A stretch of DNA of 63,089 nucleotides, filler included, from Deltaproteobacteria bacterium (GTDB lineage Bacteria; JACQOV01): NCBI GenBank assembly GCA_016202395.1. It is 4 parts of 4 records of this genome, joined end to end, with 100 filler letters (N's around TTAATTAATTAA, not from the genome) between each part and the next. Parts side by side here need not be neighbours in the genome. Positions count along the whole stretch, not along the records: positions 1 to 30,370 come from JACQOV010000049.1; 3 more parts are not named here. One strand, written 5' to 3'. Positions 7,390-17,889 of the stretch are shown here, one piece after another. Position 1 is the first letter of the stretch. Every line of letters starts with the position of its first letter. A program made the position numbers and the translations under genes. The notes beneath the pieces are model-generated. The model was not told the DNA's origin and did not search any database. It saw nothing but the letters and a program-made list of their open reading frames with translations.

Positions 7390-9666
7390 ATGTCTGGGAT
7401 GATTCCAATTGAGACAACGCCACAGCAAGTGGAGCGGGCCTACGCTACGATTCGAAAGAATCTAGAGGGGGTTCGCAAGCGTTTTCATCGCCCCTTCACC
7501 TTGTCAGAGAAAATCCTTTTCGGCCATCTGGATCATCCGGAGACGCAAGAACTTAAAGGAGGGGAGTCGATTTTAAGTCTTCGCGTGGACCGTGTGGCGA
7601 TGCAAGATGCCACAGCCCAGATGGCGATCCTCCAGTTTGCGCAAGCCAAGATCCCGCGTGTGGCGGTTCCAACGACCGTTCATTGCGATCATTTAATCCA
7701 AGCCTATGTGGGCTCGAAGAAAGACACCGAGACCGCACTTTCTGCTAACAAAGAGGTTTACGATTTTTTGTCGTCGGCCTCTCAAAAGTTTGGGATCGGA
7801 TTTTGGAAGCCGGGCTCCGGCATCATCCATCAAGTTGTTTTGGAAAATTACGCCTTCCCCGGAGGTTTAATGATTGGGACCGATTCTCACACACCGAATG
7901 CCGGTGGGCTTGGGATGATCGCTGTGGGAGTGGGAGGGGCTGACGCGGTCGATGCGATGGCAGGGCTCCCTTGGGAGGTCAAGCAACCGAAACTGATTGG
8001 AGTGCGTCTTACCGGGAAACTCAACGGTTGGGCGGCTCCCAAGGATGTCATTCTTTGGGTTTGCGAGCAACTCACCGTGAAAGGTGGCACCAATCACATT
8101 GTGGAATATTTCGGCCCCGGCGTTCCATCCATTAGCGGCACGGGGAAGGCCACCATCTGCAATATGGGGGCGGAACATGGAGCCACCACCTCCATTTTTC
8201 CTTACGATGAACGGATGGCCACCTACTTAAAGGCAACCGATCGAGGAGCGATTGCAGAGGTTGCCGAAAAGAATCGTGATCTTCTCTGTGTGGATTCTGA
8301 GGTTGAGAAAAACCCAGAGAGGTTTTTTGATCGGATTTTAGAGCTCGATCTTTCAAAACTGGAGCCGTACGTGAATGGGCCGCATTCTCCGGATCGGGCG
8401 CGGCCGATTTCTCGATTGAAGGCCGATGTCCAGAAAGAGAATTACCCCGATTTGCTCAAAGCCGCGTTAATTGGAAGTTGCACCAACTCTTCTTACGAGG
8501 ACATCGCTCGAGTGGTCGATGTGGCGGCGCAGGCAAAGAAAGCGGGGCTCCAAGCGCCGATTCCGCTTTTGGTGAGTCCCGGATCCGAAAAGATTTTTGA
8601 GACGATTCAAAGGGATGGATTTGTGAAAATGTTGGAGGAGATTGGAGCGACCGTTTTGGCCAACGCCTGTGGTCCTTGTATCGGCCAGTGGAAGCGGGAC
8701 GACATCAAAAAAGGGGAAAGAAACTCGATCCTCAACTCTTTTAACCGAAATTTCCCCGGTCGAAATGATGCCAATCCTGAAACCCTCTCTTTCATCGCAA
8801 GCCCTGAGATGGTGATGGCTTTGGGGTTAGCGGGTCGACTCTCGTTTAATCCTTTAACCGATTCTTTAAAAACCTCTGACGGCCGAGAGATTCGATTGCA
8901 ACCTCCGGCGCCCGCGCCCGAGATTCCCCCAAAAGGTTTTGCCAAGCCGATGTCTGGCTTTGTCCCCCCCGCCGAAGAAGGGGAGAAGATTCAGATTCAG
9001 GTTTCTCCCAGCAGTGAGCGGTTGCAACTGCTGGAGCCATTCCCTGCATGGGATGGCAGTGATTTCATCGAGTGCCCGCTTCTTTTGAAGGCGCGCGGGA
9101 AATGCACGACCGATCATATCTCTCCTGCAGGCCCTTGGCTTCGGTACCGCGGCCATCTCGACAAGATCAGCGACAATATGCTCACGGGGGCTGTGAACGC
9201 TTTTACTGGAACTGCGGGAAAAACTCGGAATCTTTTAACCGGGGCAAAAGAACAGCCGGTTCCTCAAGTGGCGCGTTCCTACAAAGGGGTGGGAAGACGT
9301 TGGATTGTGGTGGGGGATGACAACTACGGCGAGGGCTCTAGCCGCGAGCACGCCGCGATGTCCCCTCGATATCTCGGCTGCGCGGCTGTGATCACGAAAA
9401 GTTTTGCTCGGATTCACGAGACGAACCTCAAGAAGCAAGGGATCTTGCCGCTCACTTTTTCTAACGCTTCCGATTATGACAAGGTTCAAGAGACCGATAA
9501 AATCAGCATTGTAGGACTTTCTGCGCTCCAGAGTGGGAAACCTATGAGGGCAGTGCTTCATCACGCCGATGGGAAAACCGAGGAACTTACTTTAAATCAC
9601 AGCTTGACGCCGGAACAAATCCGATGGTTCCACGCCGGCTCCGCCTTAAACCTCCTCCGCTCGTGA
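7390..9666 (+). CDS. acnA: Aconitate hydratase (mitochondrial-type)
   Basis: DRVAMQDATAQMA, HCDH, GTDSHT, IGSCTN, NACGPCIGQW, TTDHISPAG and GEGSSREHAA motifs. Confidence 0.93.
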   Translation: MSGMIPIETTPQQVERAYATIRKNLEGVRKRFHRPFTLSEKILFGHLDHPETQELKGGESILSLRVDRVAMQDATAQMAILQFAQAKIPRVAVPTTVHCDHLIQAYVGSKKDTETALSANKEVYDFLSSASQKFGIGFWKPGSGIIHQVVLENYAFPGGLMIGTDSHTPNAGGLGMIAVGVGGADAVDAMAGLPWEVKQPKLIGVRLTGKLNGWAAPKDVILWVCEQLTVKGGTNHIVEYFGPGVPSISGTGKATICNMGAEHGATTSIFPYDERMATYLKATDRGAIAEVAEKNRDLLCVDSEVEKNPERFFDRILELDLSKLEPYVNGPHSPDRARPISRLKADVQKENYPDLLKAALIGSCTNSSYEDIARVVDVAAQAKKAGLQAPIPLLVSPGSEKIFETIQRDGFVKMLEEIGATVLANACGPCIGQWKRDDIKKGERNSILNSFNRNFPGRNDANPETLSFIASPEMVMALGLAGRLSFNPLTDSLKTSDGREIRLQPPAPAPEIPPKGFAKPMSGFVPPAEEGEKIQIQVSPSSERLQLLEPFPAWDGSDFIECPLLLKARGKCTTDHISPAGPWLRYRGHLDKISDNMLTGAVNAFTGTAGKTRNLLTGAKEQPVPQVARSYKGVGRRWIVVGDDNYGEGSSREHAAMSPRYLGCAAVITKSFARIHETNLKKQGILPLTFSNASDYDKVQETDKISIVGLSALQSGKPMRAVLHHADGKTEELTLNHSLTPEQIRWFHAGSALNLLRS

Positions 9667-9686
9667 TTTTCCTGTGTGCTTACGGC

Positions 9687-9950
9687 CTAATTTTTAAATA
9701 TCAATGGATACTCATTAGGATGTTCTAAAGATTCCAGTTCCAGATCCACATCTAAGTCAGGCCAGTAAAGGTGATGTTCTTGCAGAAGTTTCAAATTATA
9801 GATCTCTTTGACCTTGGCCTTTCTGAACCATGGGTATTCTTCAAAAGGCAGAAAATACTCGCTTTCTTTTACAAATAGCCAAATTCCATGATTTGAGATG
9901 TTTATCACTTCAACTTCCGAAGTGCTTTTCCCATGCCTTTGTGATCTCAT
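9687..9950 (-). CDS. DUF2442 family antitoxin-like protein
   Basis: LPFEEYPWF...HLYWPDLDVDL motif; overlaps the DUF4160 gene. Confidence 0.85.
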   Translation of the reverse strand: MRSQRHGKSTSEVEVINISNHGIWLFVKESEYFLPFEEYPWFRKAKVKEIYNLKLLQEHHLYWPDLDVDLELESLEHPNEYPLIFKN

Positions 9951-10149
9951 TTTTATATTCCTCCACGACCTTTTGAACTTGATTCAACTGTTTTCGTGAT
10001 AAGCCGTAGTTTCGAGCCACAGCTATCTTGGGTTCCAGCCAGAATTTGGCCTCTCCTTCGGGGCTTGACACGTGAACGTGCATTCTTTCCTCTTCCCGGG
10101 AAAAGAAGAAAAACCGGTAATTTCGATATCGCAAAACCGTTGGGCTCAA
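9910..10149 (-). CDS. DUF4160 family toxin-like protein
   Basis: PTVLRYRNYRFFFFSREE..HVHV...EAKFWLEP motif. Confidence 0.88.
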   Translation of the reverse strand: MSPTVLRYRNYRFFFFSREEERMHVHVSSPEGEAKFWLEPKIAVARNYGLSRKQLNQVQKVVEEYKNEITKAWEKHFGS

Positions 10150-10264
10150 GAAGGTTCCTTGTTTGTAAATATAGAATTTGCCAGGAGTGGAGTCAACCCC
10201 CTCACCTCTTCACCCAGGATGTGCTTGCTTTAAAGAGGGAGTTTTGGTAACAACAAAGGTGCCA

Positions 10265-11983
10265 ATGAGGAAAAAAACGGACGAAAATTTTACACCGAGA
10301 AATCTTAAAATCCGGAGTTCGATGGTGACGGAAGGGGATCGCCGCGCCCCAAATCGGGCGATGCTTCGCGCCGTTGGATTCAAAGACGAGGATTTTGAAA
10401 AGCCGATGGTGGGGATTGCAAGCACTTGGGGAGAGGTCACTCCTTGTAATATCCACATTCTAAAACTGGCTGAGAAGGCTAAACAAGGGGCTCGCGATGC
10501 CGGTGGAGCGCCGCAGATTTTTAATACGATCACCGTGAGTGATGGGATCTCGATGGGACATGAGGGGATGCATTTCTCGCTCCCCAGTCGTGAGATAATC
10601 GCCGATTCGATTGAGATCGTGGGTGGCGCTCAGCGCTACGATGCGATGGTGGCCATTGGGGGTTGCGATAAAAATATGCCCGGCTGTTTAATGGCCATCG
10701 TTCGCCTGAATGTTCCCTCGGTCTTTGTCTATGGTGGAACAATCCTTCCCGGAAATTGTCGAGGCCGTGATATTGATATTGTGAGCATTTTTGAGGCCGT
10801 TGGAGAATTTCAGGCTGGGAAAATCGATCGTGAGGAATTTAAGGAGATTGAGTGTCACGCCATCCCTGGAGCGGGAAGTTGTGGTGGGATGTATACCGCT
10901 AACACCATGGCCTCGGCCATTGAGGCCCTTGGCATGAGCTTGCCGGGGAGCTCCTCGATGCCTGCCGAGAGCGATCGGAAACTTCAAGATTGTTATCGGG
11001 CGGGTCAAAGAGTTGTGGAGATGCTCAAGGAAAAGATTTTTCCGAAAGATATTCTGACACGTCCCGCGTTTGAAAACGCAATTGCTTTGGTGAATGCTTT
11101 GGGGGGATCCACGAACGCAGTGCTTCACCTTTTGGCGATTGCCAAAGAGGTCGGAGTGCGGCTTTCGATGAATGATTTTGACAAGATTGGCCGGAAGGTG
11201 CCGCATCTGGCGGATTTGAAGCCGGGTGGAAAATATGTGATGGCCGATCTCGATCGAGTGGGTGGAGGCCATGGTGTGATGAAGAGGCTATTAGAAGAAG
11301 GTCTGCTCCATGGAGATTGTTTGACTGTCACAGGAAAAACTTTGGCCCAAAATCTTAAAGAGGTGGAATCGTTGGCCGCAGGGCAGAACATTGTGCGAGA
11401 TTTTAAGAACCCTTTTAGTGAGATAGGTCCCATTGTCATTCTCAAAGGGAACCTGGCTCCGGAGGGGGCGGTTTGTAAGACGGCAGGTTTGAAACGACAT
11501 GCCATTACGGGGCCTGCTCGTGTTTTTAATTCGGAGGAGAAGTGTTTTGAGGCGATCATGGAAGATAAAGTTCAAGCAGGCGATGTGGTTGTGATTCGCT
11601 ATGAAGGCCCTAAAGGGGGCCCGGGAATGCGGGAGATGCTCGCAGTCACTGCAGCCATTGCAGGAAAAGGTTTGGGGGAGTCTGTGGGATTGATCACCGA
11701 TGGCCGTTTCTCCGGAGGGACGCATGGGTTAGTGGTGGGGCATGTGGCTCCGGAGGCTCAAGTGGGAGGAGCTATTGCAATATTGCGGAACGGAGATAAA
11801 ATAACGATCGATGCGGATCGACGTCGACTGGGAGTAGATCTCAGTCAGGCTGAAATTAAAAAACGGCTCAAGAAGTGGAGGCAACCTCCGCTTCGTTATA
11901 AAGCAGGCGTTCTTGCTAAATATGTTTCTCTGGTGTCCTCTGCGTCTGAAGGGGCGATTACGAGGCCTCTACAAACGCAATAA
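10265..11983 (+). CDS. ilvD: Dihydroxy-acid dehydratase
   Basis: [40 protein letters not shown] and TDGRFSGG motifs. The start is uncertain by a few codons. Confidence 0.95.
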   Translation: MRKKTDENFTPRNLKIRSSMVTEGDRRAPNRAMLRAVGFKDEDFEKPMVGIASTWGEVTPCNIHILKLAEKAKQGARDAGGAPQIFNTITVSDGISMGHEGMHFSLPSREIIADSIEIVGGAQRYDAMVAIGGCDKNMPGCLMAIVRLNVPSVFVYGGTILPGNCRGRDIDIVSIFEAVGEFQAGKIDREEFKEIECHAIPGAGSCGGMYTANTMASAIEALGMSLPGSSSMPAESDRKLQDCYRAGQRVVEMLKEKIFPKDILTRPAFENAIALVNALGGSTNAVLHLLAIAKEVGVRLSMNDFDKIGRKVPHLADLKPGGKYVMADLDRVGGGHGVMKRLLEEGLLHGDCLTVTGKTLAQNLKEVESLAAGQNIVRDFKNPFSEIGPIVILKGNLAPEGAVCKTAGLKRHAITGPARVFNSEEKCFEAIMEDKVQAGDVVVIRYEGPKGGPGMREMLAVTAAIAGKGLGESVGLITDGRFSGGTHGLVVGHVAPEAQVGGAIAILRNGDKITIDADRRRLGVDLSQAEIKKRLKKWRQPPLRYKAGVLAKYVSLVSSASEGAITRPLQTQ

Positions 11984-12095
11984 ATGTTCTGATACTTCGT
12001 TGGCCTTCTTCAGCGCTCGCTCAGCGTACGTCTCAAGTACGCTTCGCTCGGCTTCAGTCGGCCGCCTCGTCTCAGAAGCATTTCTTGCATTTGTA
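11970..12095. mobile_element. Palindromic element (RPE1/ERIC-like core) overlapping the ilvD 3' end
   Basis: Imperfect TIRs TACAAACGCAATAAATG / CATTTCTTGCATTTGTA; central GCGTAC-GTCTCAA-GTACGC hairpin; core resembles that of 62179-62340 in reverse orientation. Confidence 0.7.
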
Positions 12096-12108
12096 AAAAG
12101 GAGTTTAA

Positions 12109-13413
12109 ATGGTGAAAAACGCGAAAAAAGAGGAAACGCTGACGCTTATCGATAACCGGACCGGGCGCTCGTATGAGATTCCTATTCAGTCTGGCACCCT
12201 TCGGGCGATGGATCTGCGTCAGGTCAAGATCGATGAAAGCGACTTTGGGATGGTGAGCTATGACCCCGCTTTCTTAAATACCGCCACCTGTAGAAGTGCG
12301 ATCACATTTATTGATGGAGATAAAGGGATCCTTCAGTATCGGGGATATCCTATTGAAGAGCTTGCTGAAAATAGCACCTTTGTCGAGGTAGCCTATCTTT
12401 TGATTCATGGAGAACTCCCCTCGAAGTTTCAACTGAGGGTTTGGATACAGGATATCACGCAACACACCATGCTCCATGAGAACATCAAAAAATTCATGGA
12501 TGGTTTTCATCATGATGCCCATCCGATGGGGATTTTGGTAAGCACCGTCTCCGGCCTCTCCACCTTTTATCCCGATGCTAAAAACATCGATGATCCCGCG
12601 TGCCGTCGGCTTCAGGTGGTGCGATTGATTGGGAAGATGCCCACGCTGGCGGCTCTCGCTTATCGTCACAGTGTTGGGAAACCGTACGTTTATCCTGATA
12701 ATGATTTGAGTTATTCCGGAAATTTCTTGAGTATGATGTTTAAAATGGTCGAGCGGAAGTATAACCCTAACCCGATTTTAGAGAAAGCCTTGGACGTTCT
12801 TCTGATTCTTCATGCCGATCATGAACAGAATGCCAGCACCAATGTGATCCGTTGTATCGGAAGTTCCCATGTGGATCCTTTCTCTGCGGCGGCCGGCGCG
12901 GTGGCAACTCTTTATGGTCCACTTCATGGGGGAGCCAACGAGCAGGTTCTGCGAATGTTGGCTGAAATCGGTTCCATAGATAACGTTAAAGGTTACATCG
13001 ATTCGGTCAAGAAAGGGGAAAGGCGTTTGATGGGTTTTGGCCATCGCGTTTACAGAAACTATGATCCTCGAGCTAAAATCATCAAGAGAATCGCGGAGCA
13101 TGTTTTCGAGGTGACAGGCCGCAATCCGCTGCTGGATATCGCTTTGGAGCTTGAAAAGATTGCGTTAAACGAGGATTATTTTGTTCAAAGGAAACTTTAT
13201 CCCAACGTCGATTTCTACACCGGCCTGATCTACCAAGCGATGGGCTTTCCCATGGAGCTCTTTCCCGTCTTGTTTGCCATTGGGCGAGTGCCAGGATGGA
13301 TGGCTCAATGGGAAGAGATGCTTAAAGACTCGGAACAAAAGATTGCTCGGCCACGACAGATTTATACGGGGCCTGTAGTTCGGAAGTATATTCCGCTCGA
13401 CAAACGCGCCTAA
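12109..13413 (+). CDS. gltA: Citrate synthase
   Basis: LHADHEQN, GPLHGGAN, MGFGHRVY and YPNVDFY motifs. Confidence 0.96.
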   Translation: MVKNAKKEETLTLIDNRTGRSYEIPIQSGTLRAMDLRQVKIDESDFGMVSYDPAFLNTATCRSAITFIDGDKGILQYRGYPIEELAENSTFVEVAYLLIHGELPSKFQLRVWIQDITQHTMLHENIKKFMDGFHHDAHPMGILVSTVSGLSTFYPDAKNIDDPACRRLQVVRLIGKMPTLAALAYRHSVGKPYVYPDNDLSYSGNFLSMMFKMVERKYNPNPILEKALDVLLILHADHEQNASTNVIRCIGSSHVDPFSAAAGAVATLYGPLHGGANEQVLRMLAEIGSIDNVKGYIDSVKKGERRLMGFGHRVYRNYDPRAKIIKRIAEHVFEVTGRNPLLDIALELEKIALNEDYFVQRKLYPNVDFYTGLIYQAMGFPMELFPVLFAIGRVPGWMAQWEEMLKDSEQKIARPRQIYTGPVVRKYIPLDKRA

Positions 13414-13428
13414 CAGACAATTTCCATT

Positions 13429-13479
13429 TAACCCCCTCTTGTTCTCCCCCTTAAAATAAGGGGGAGATAGAGGGGGTTA
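13429..13479. repeat. REP-like hairpin between convergent gltA and gcvH (possible bidirectional terminator)
   Basis: TAACCCCCTCT..TCTCCCCCTTA-AAA-TAAGGGGGAGA..AGAGGGGGTTA; related to 20022-20115. Confidence 0.75.
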
Positions 13480-13860
13480 TTATTTCTCTTCGATATAACT
13501 GTCGTACTCTTCAGGCGACATAAGGTCTCCGAGCTCCTCCAGATCGAGGGGTTCAATCTCAATGAGCCAGCCTGATCCGTAAGGATCCTCGTTGATCAGA
13601 GCGGGGTTATTCTCTAGATTTCGGTTGATTTCCGTCACCGTTCCGCTGATGGGGGCCAGAAGTTCCGTGACGGTCTTTGTGGACTCGATCTCTCCGAACG
13701 ACTCTCCCTTGTCGATCTCATCAGAAATCTCAGGAATCTCCGCAAAAACAATCTCTCCGAGTTCCTCCTGAGCATAGTCGGAGATGCCAATGGTGGCAGT
13801 GTCATCTTTCACACGGACCCAGAGGTGGTCTCTGGAGAATTTTAGTTCTGGTTTTGGCAT
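13480..13860 (-). CDS. gcvH: Glycine cleavage system H protein
   Basis: GISDYAQEELGEI, IESTKT lipoyl-lysine, NEDPYGSGWL. Confidence 0.92.
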   Translation of the reverse strand: MPKPELKFSRDHLWVRVKDDTATIGISDYAQEELGEIVFAEIPEISDEIDKGESFGEIESTKTVTELLAPISGTVTEINRNLENNPALINEDPYGSGWLIEIEPLDLEELGDLMSPEEYDSYIEEK

Positions 13861-13879
13861 CGGTCTTTATCAGGATGTT

Positions 13880-14227
13880 TTATTTAGCCGCTTTCGGACA
13901 GAAATTCCTCACATAAGCGAAGACATCTTCAATCTGTTCTGCGGATAGAGCGCTTCCAAACGGTGGCATCGCGTTCTTTCCGTTCTTTATAGAAGTTTTT
14001 AAAGCAACGACATCTGCCTTGCAGAACTCCTCACTTGAAAAATTTCTGGGTTTAGGGTTAAGAGCCACCGCTGCCGCTCCGTCTCCTTGCCCCTTTTCAC
14101 CGTGACAGATCATGCATTGCGCTTTGAAAGTCTGTTCTCCCTTAGCTGCATCGCCTGCCGCATAGAGAGCAGAGATCGATGATAAACAACTCATTAAGAT
14201 AATCGTAAGAACCCGTCCCTTTTTCAT
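13880..14227 (-). CDS. Periplasmic class I cytochrome c
   Basis: Signal peptide, CMICH haem motif, PKPRNF, AMPPF axial Met. Confidence 0.9.
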   Translation of the reverse strand: MKKGRVLTIILMSCLSSISALYAAGDAAKGEQTFKAQCMICHGEKGQGDGAAAVALNPKPRNFSSEEFCKADVVALKTSIKNGKNAMPPFGSALSAEQIEDVFAYVRNFCPKAAK

Positions 14228-14291
14228 TCTTTCCTCCTGGTTGTAAAATACGTGGCTAACATACCGATGCTCATTTGGGTTGTCAAGTGCC

Positions 14292-14846
14292 TTATATTTT
14301 AGGGAGTGTCAGCTCTTTTTGCGCCTGATATTTCCCTTTTTTATCGGCATAGGAAATGGCGCATGCTTCGTCGCTTTCGAAAAAGAGGACCTGAGCGATT
14401 CCTTCAAAAGCGTAAATCTTCGCAGGCAGCGGAGTCGTATTAGAAATCTCAATAGTGACATAGCCTTCCCACTCCGGCTCAAAAGGGGTCACATTCACAA
14501 TAATTCCGCACCGCGCATACGTGCTTTTGCCCAAACAAATCGTGAGGGTGCTTCTAGGAATCCGGAAGTACTCCACGGAGCGGGCTAGAGCAAAAGAGTT
14601 CGGCGGGATAACGCAACATTCTCCTTTGAAATCGACTAAAGAACGAGAATCGAAATTTTTGGGATCAACAATGGTGGTATTAATGTTCGTAAAAATTTTG
14701 AATTCATCGGCGGTGCGCATGTCATAGCCGTAAGAGGACAAGCCGTAAGAAATGACTCCTTGGCGAACCTGCTTTTCCTCAAACGGCTCGATCATTTTTT
14801 TCTCCAACGCCATTTTCCGAATCCATCGGTCCGATTTAATCGCCAT
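14292..14846 (-). CDS. dcd: dCTP deaminase
   Basis: [33 protein letters not shown] motifs. Confidence 0.95.
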   Translation of the reverse strand: MAIKSDRWIRKMALEKKMIEPFEEKQVRQGVISYGLSSYGYDMRTADEFKIFTNINTTIVDPKNFDSRSLVDFKGECCVIPPNSFALARSVEYFRIPRSTLTICLGKSTYARCGIIVNVTPFEPEWEGYVTIEISNTTPLPAKIYAFEGIAQVLFFESDEACAISYADKKGKYQAQKELTLPKI

Positions 14847-14940
14847 GATTTCCTCCTTCACAAAATTTGAAGTGGGGTGATCCTAGCATAAATCTTCGGA
14901 GCCGGTCTACCCTTGTGTAAAAAAAGTGCGCCATGGCCTC

Positions 14941-14986
14941 TTGACAGGGGATGACGCGTTGTGTATAACTTGAAATATTATTTCAA
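14941..14986 (+). promoter_or_regulatory. sigma70-type promoter with an adjacent Fur-family-like operator
   Basis: TTGACA-17bp-TATAAC followed directly by the perfect palindrome TTGAAATA-T-TATTTCAA (14970-14986). Confidence 0.6.
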
Positions 14987-15135
14987 TAGGTACTGTTATT
15001 GATGGTAGATTTTAGTGCGGATTTGTAAACTTAACTACTTAATTAAACTATGTTATTTGTATTTATAAAATGGAATTTTATTTCATTAGTATGAACAATC
15101 TACAGAGCGATTCCGCTCAAAAGGAGGAAAGATCC

Positions 15136-16032
15136 ATGAAATCGTTAAAGAGAGTTTTGTTATGGGCTGGGGTGTGGTTACAGAGCGCCCTTGTTCTGCC
15201 GGCCTTTGCCGGTGGGGGAATGTTTACCACCTACACTCACCATCTGGAAGCTGGGGAATTCGAGGTGATGTTGATGAACGACTTCACTCTCCCTTCTCAG
15301 ACGAAGCGTGATGAAGAAGGGCAGGGAAACTATTTTTCTCAGATGCTAGAACTCGAATATGCTCCCACGTCTCAGTGGGGATTAGAGGCCATGGCCGAGG
15401 CGTTCCAAGATGTTGGAACGGGCGATTCCAAATTTACAGGATACCGTTTGGAAGCCCGATATCGCCTTTTTAAAAAGGAGATCCCTCTGAATCCCATGGT
15501 TTATGTGGAGTATGAAGATCTCGATCTTGAAACCCGCTACAAGATGGAAGTCAGTGGTTGGATCCGGCCCCCTTATGAAGAAGACGGAGAAGAACCTTCT
15601 CGCGAAAGAATTATAGAAAGCCGCGCGATCTTATCTCAGGACTTCGCCTCTTGGACTGCCGCGTTGAACTGGATTAACGAGAGCGATCTCCATTCCGGAG
15701 AAACGGCCTTCGGCTATTCGATGGGATTGCTTTATCGATTGCAAGGTCCTCATTATCAACATCATCATGGCGGCACGGAAACGGGTGAAAAGGAAGAGTA
15801 TCGATCCTCTCCCTTCTCTATTTTTCGCCCCGCAGCTTTGGGATTGGAACTTTTGGGTGGATTAGGAGACACCCAAGCGTTTGATATTGAGCCTTCTCGG
15901 CAGGAGCATTATCTTCAACCGAGCGTTATGTATCATTTTGGCAAAGAGATGATGGCTCATTTAGGCGCTGCGATTGGGCTAAGTGAGACCAGTGACAATC
16001 TGATTCGATTTTCGTGGGGGTGGGAGTTTTAG
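15136..16032 (+). CDS. Outer-membrane beta-barrel with a His-rich loop (putative metal transporter)
   Basis: AAGGAGG SD, signal peptide ending AFA, amphipathic strands, HYQHHHG loop, C-terminal WGWEF. Confidence 0.65.
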   Translation: MKSLKRVLLWAGVWLQSALVLPAFAGGGMFTTYTHHLEAGEFEVMLMNDFTLPSQTKRDEEGQGNYFSQMLELEYAPTSQWGLEAMAEAFQDVGTGDSKFTGYRLEARYRLFKKEIPLNPMVYVEYEDLDLETRYKMEVSGWIRPPYEEDGEEPSRERIIESRAILSQDFASWTAALNWINESDLHSGETAFGYSMGLLYRLQGPHYQHHHGGTETGEKEEYRSSPFSIFRPAALGLELLGGLGDTQAFDIEPSRQEHYLQPSVMYHFGKEMMAHLGAAIGLSETSDNLIRFSWGWEF

Positions 16033-16081
16033 TAAGGTAGGGTTGACTTCAAAAGTTGATTTCATTATCTTACCTCTCGTC

Positions 16082-16786
16082 ATGGAAACTACGGTTTTGA
16101 ATCCCGCAACGTTGGTTTCGGGGGAGATTCTCCATTTAATTTTGGGAACGAGCCTTGTTGTGAAAATTGTGTTAGGGCTCTTGCTCTCCCTTTCCATATT
16201 CACTTGGGCGATTCTTTTCTATAAGTGGAGCGAGATCGGTCGCGCAGGGCGAGCCTCTGCAAAATTTTTAAGCACCTTTTCGAATGGGGGATGGGAAAGG
16301 CTCTATCGCTTGGCCAAAGATCTCATGGCTTCCCCATTGGCTGAGGTTTATCGAGAGGGTTATGACGAGGTGCAGCGCCAAAATAGCTCTGGGAGTCGTA
16401 AAAAGGATGAAGTTTCTCTCGATTCTGAAGGGCGCAGAGCGGTAGAGCGCTCGATGGAACGGGTCGCTTCCTCCGCAATGAACCGATTGGAGCGATACCT
16501 CACTTTTTTGGCGACCACCGGAAGTGCGGCCCCTTTTATTGGATTGTTTGGAACCGTGTGGGGGATTATGGAATCGTTTCATAGCATTGGAGCGACAGGG
16601 GCTGCAAGCATCGCCGTTGTGGCTCCTGGAGTTTCGGAGGCTCTGATCGCCACAGCGATGGGGCTTTTTGCCGCGATTCCAGCTGTTGCTGGATACAATC
16701 TACTTTTAAGGCGTGTTCAAATTATGGATCGTGAGTTGGAGCGTTTTATTTCACATTTTGTGGATCAACTCGCAAATCGATCATGA
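16082..16786 (+). CDS. tolQ: TolQ (MotA/TolQ/ExbB family)
   Basis: LATTGSAAPFIGLFGTVWGIM, VVAPGVSEALIATAMGL. Confidence 0.92.
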   Translation: METTVLNPATLVSGEILHLILGTSLVVKIVLGLLLSLSIFTWAILFYKWSEIGRAGRASAKFLSTFSNGGWERLYRLAKDLMASPLAEVYREGYDEVQRQNSSGSRKKDEVSLDSEGRRAVERSMERVASSAMNRLERYLTFLATTGSAAPFIGLFGTVWGIMESFHSIGATGAASIAVVAPGVSEALIATAMGLFAAIPAVAGYNLLLRRVQIMDRELERFISHFVDQLANRS

Positions 16787-17193
16787 GAAGTCGTCGAACC
16801 AAAGGATTCCACACACTAGCCGAAATCAACGTGACGCCGTTTGTGGATGTGATGTTGGTGTTGCTCGTGATTTTTATGATCACAGCCCCTCTTCTCGTTC
16901 AAGGGATTGAGGTGAATCTTCCCCGCGCGGCTGCAAAGCCAATTACTCCTGAAGAGGATAAATTGGTGATGACGATCCGAAAGGATCGCCAGATCTTTTT
17001 GGAGAAACAGGAGATCCCTTATTCCTCACTTGTAGAAAAATTAAAAGCGATCTATGCCCAGCGGTCCAACAAGGATCTATTCTTGAAGGCCGATCGAGAG
17101 GTCCCTTATGGATATGTGGTAGAGGTTTTGGCAGAGGCTCGAAAAGCCGGTTTGGATCGAGTGGGAATGATCACTCAACCTCCTGAAAAATAG
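16783..17193 (+). CDS. tolR: TolR (ExbD family)
   Basis: EINVTPFVDVMLVLLVIFM, LKADREVPYG. Confidence 0.92.
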   Translation: MRSRRTKGFHTLAEINVTPFVDVMLVLLVIFMITAPLLVQGIEVNLPRAAAKPITPEEDKLVMTIRKDRQIFLEKQEIPYSSLVEKLKAIYAQRSNKDLFLKADREVPYGYVVEVLAEARKAGLDRVGMITQPPEK

Positions 17194-17202
17194 GGGCGCC
17201 TC

Positions 17203-17889
17203 ATGACATTACGGGGGCAGTCTTCGCTAAATCGTTCGTTCATGAGGATGGTGTTTCTGTCCCTTTCTCTCCACACCCTTCTTTTCTCCGTGGTGGTGAG
17301 CCATTGGGGGCATTGGGGAAAAGAGAAGGTCTTTAACCCGATCATGGTCGATTTGGTGAGCCTTCCAACGCAAGCGCCTGCGGGTAGAGTGACAAAACCT
17401 TCGGAACCTGCAACCTCATCGGCTGTCAAAGAGGTTAAGGAGGCCGTTGCAAAACAAAGGCCAACTCCCAAGATGGAGTCTCCGAAAACTCCCACGCCTT
17501 CGAAGACAAGGGCTGAAGATCCAGCCTCTCGGCTTCGGTCCGCCATTTCCGATATTCAGCAGCGTGTTGGGGTTTCTGGTAGTGGCGGAGGATCGATTGC
17601 AGATGCCTATCATGCCGAGCTTTATGAACATATGAAGCGGTTTTGGCATATGCCAGCTGATATGGCTTTGAAGGCCAAGAGGAACGATCTTCAGACAGAA
17701 ATGCTTGTGCGCTGGCGTCGAGATGGCGTGATTATCTCTTTTAAGATTGAGAAAGGCTCTGGGGATGTTGCTTTTGACGAGTCGGTGACTCGGGCGGTGA
17801 GGGGAGCTTCGCCGCTGCCTTCGATTCCATCTTCAGTTGCGGGGAAGGAGAAAGAGGTTGTTTTTAGGTTTAGTGCAAAAGATTACTAG
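17203..17889 (+). CDS. tolA: TolA/TonB C-terminal domain protein
   Basis: TM helix with SLSLH motif, Pro/Lys-rich linker, SGDVAFDESVTRAV C-domain; lies between tolR and tolB. Confidence 0.8.
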   Translation: MTLRGQSSLNRSFMRMVFLSLSLHTLLFSVVVSHWGHWGKEKVFNPIMVDLVSLPTQAPAGRVTKPSEPATSSAVKEVKEAVAKQRPTPKMESPKTPTPSKTRAEDPASRLRSAISDIQQRVGVSGSGGGSIADAYHAELYEHMKRFWHMPADMALKAKRNDLQTEMLVRWRRDGVIISFKIEKGSGDVAFDESVTRAVRGASPLPSIPSSVAGKEKEVVFRFSAKDY

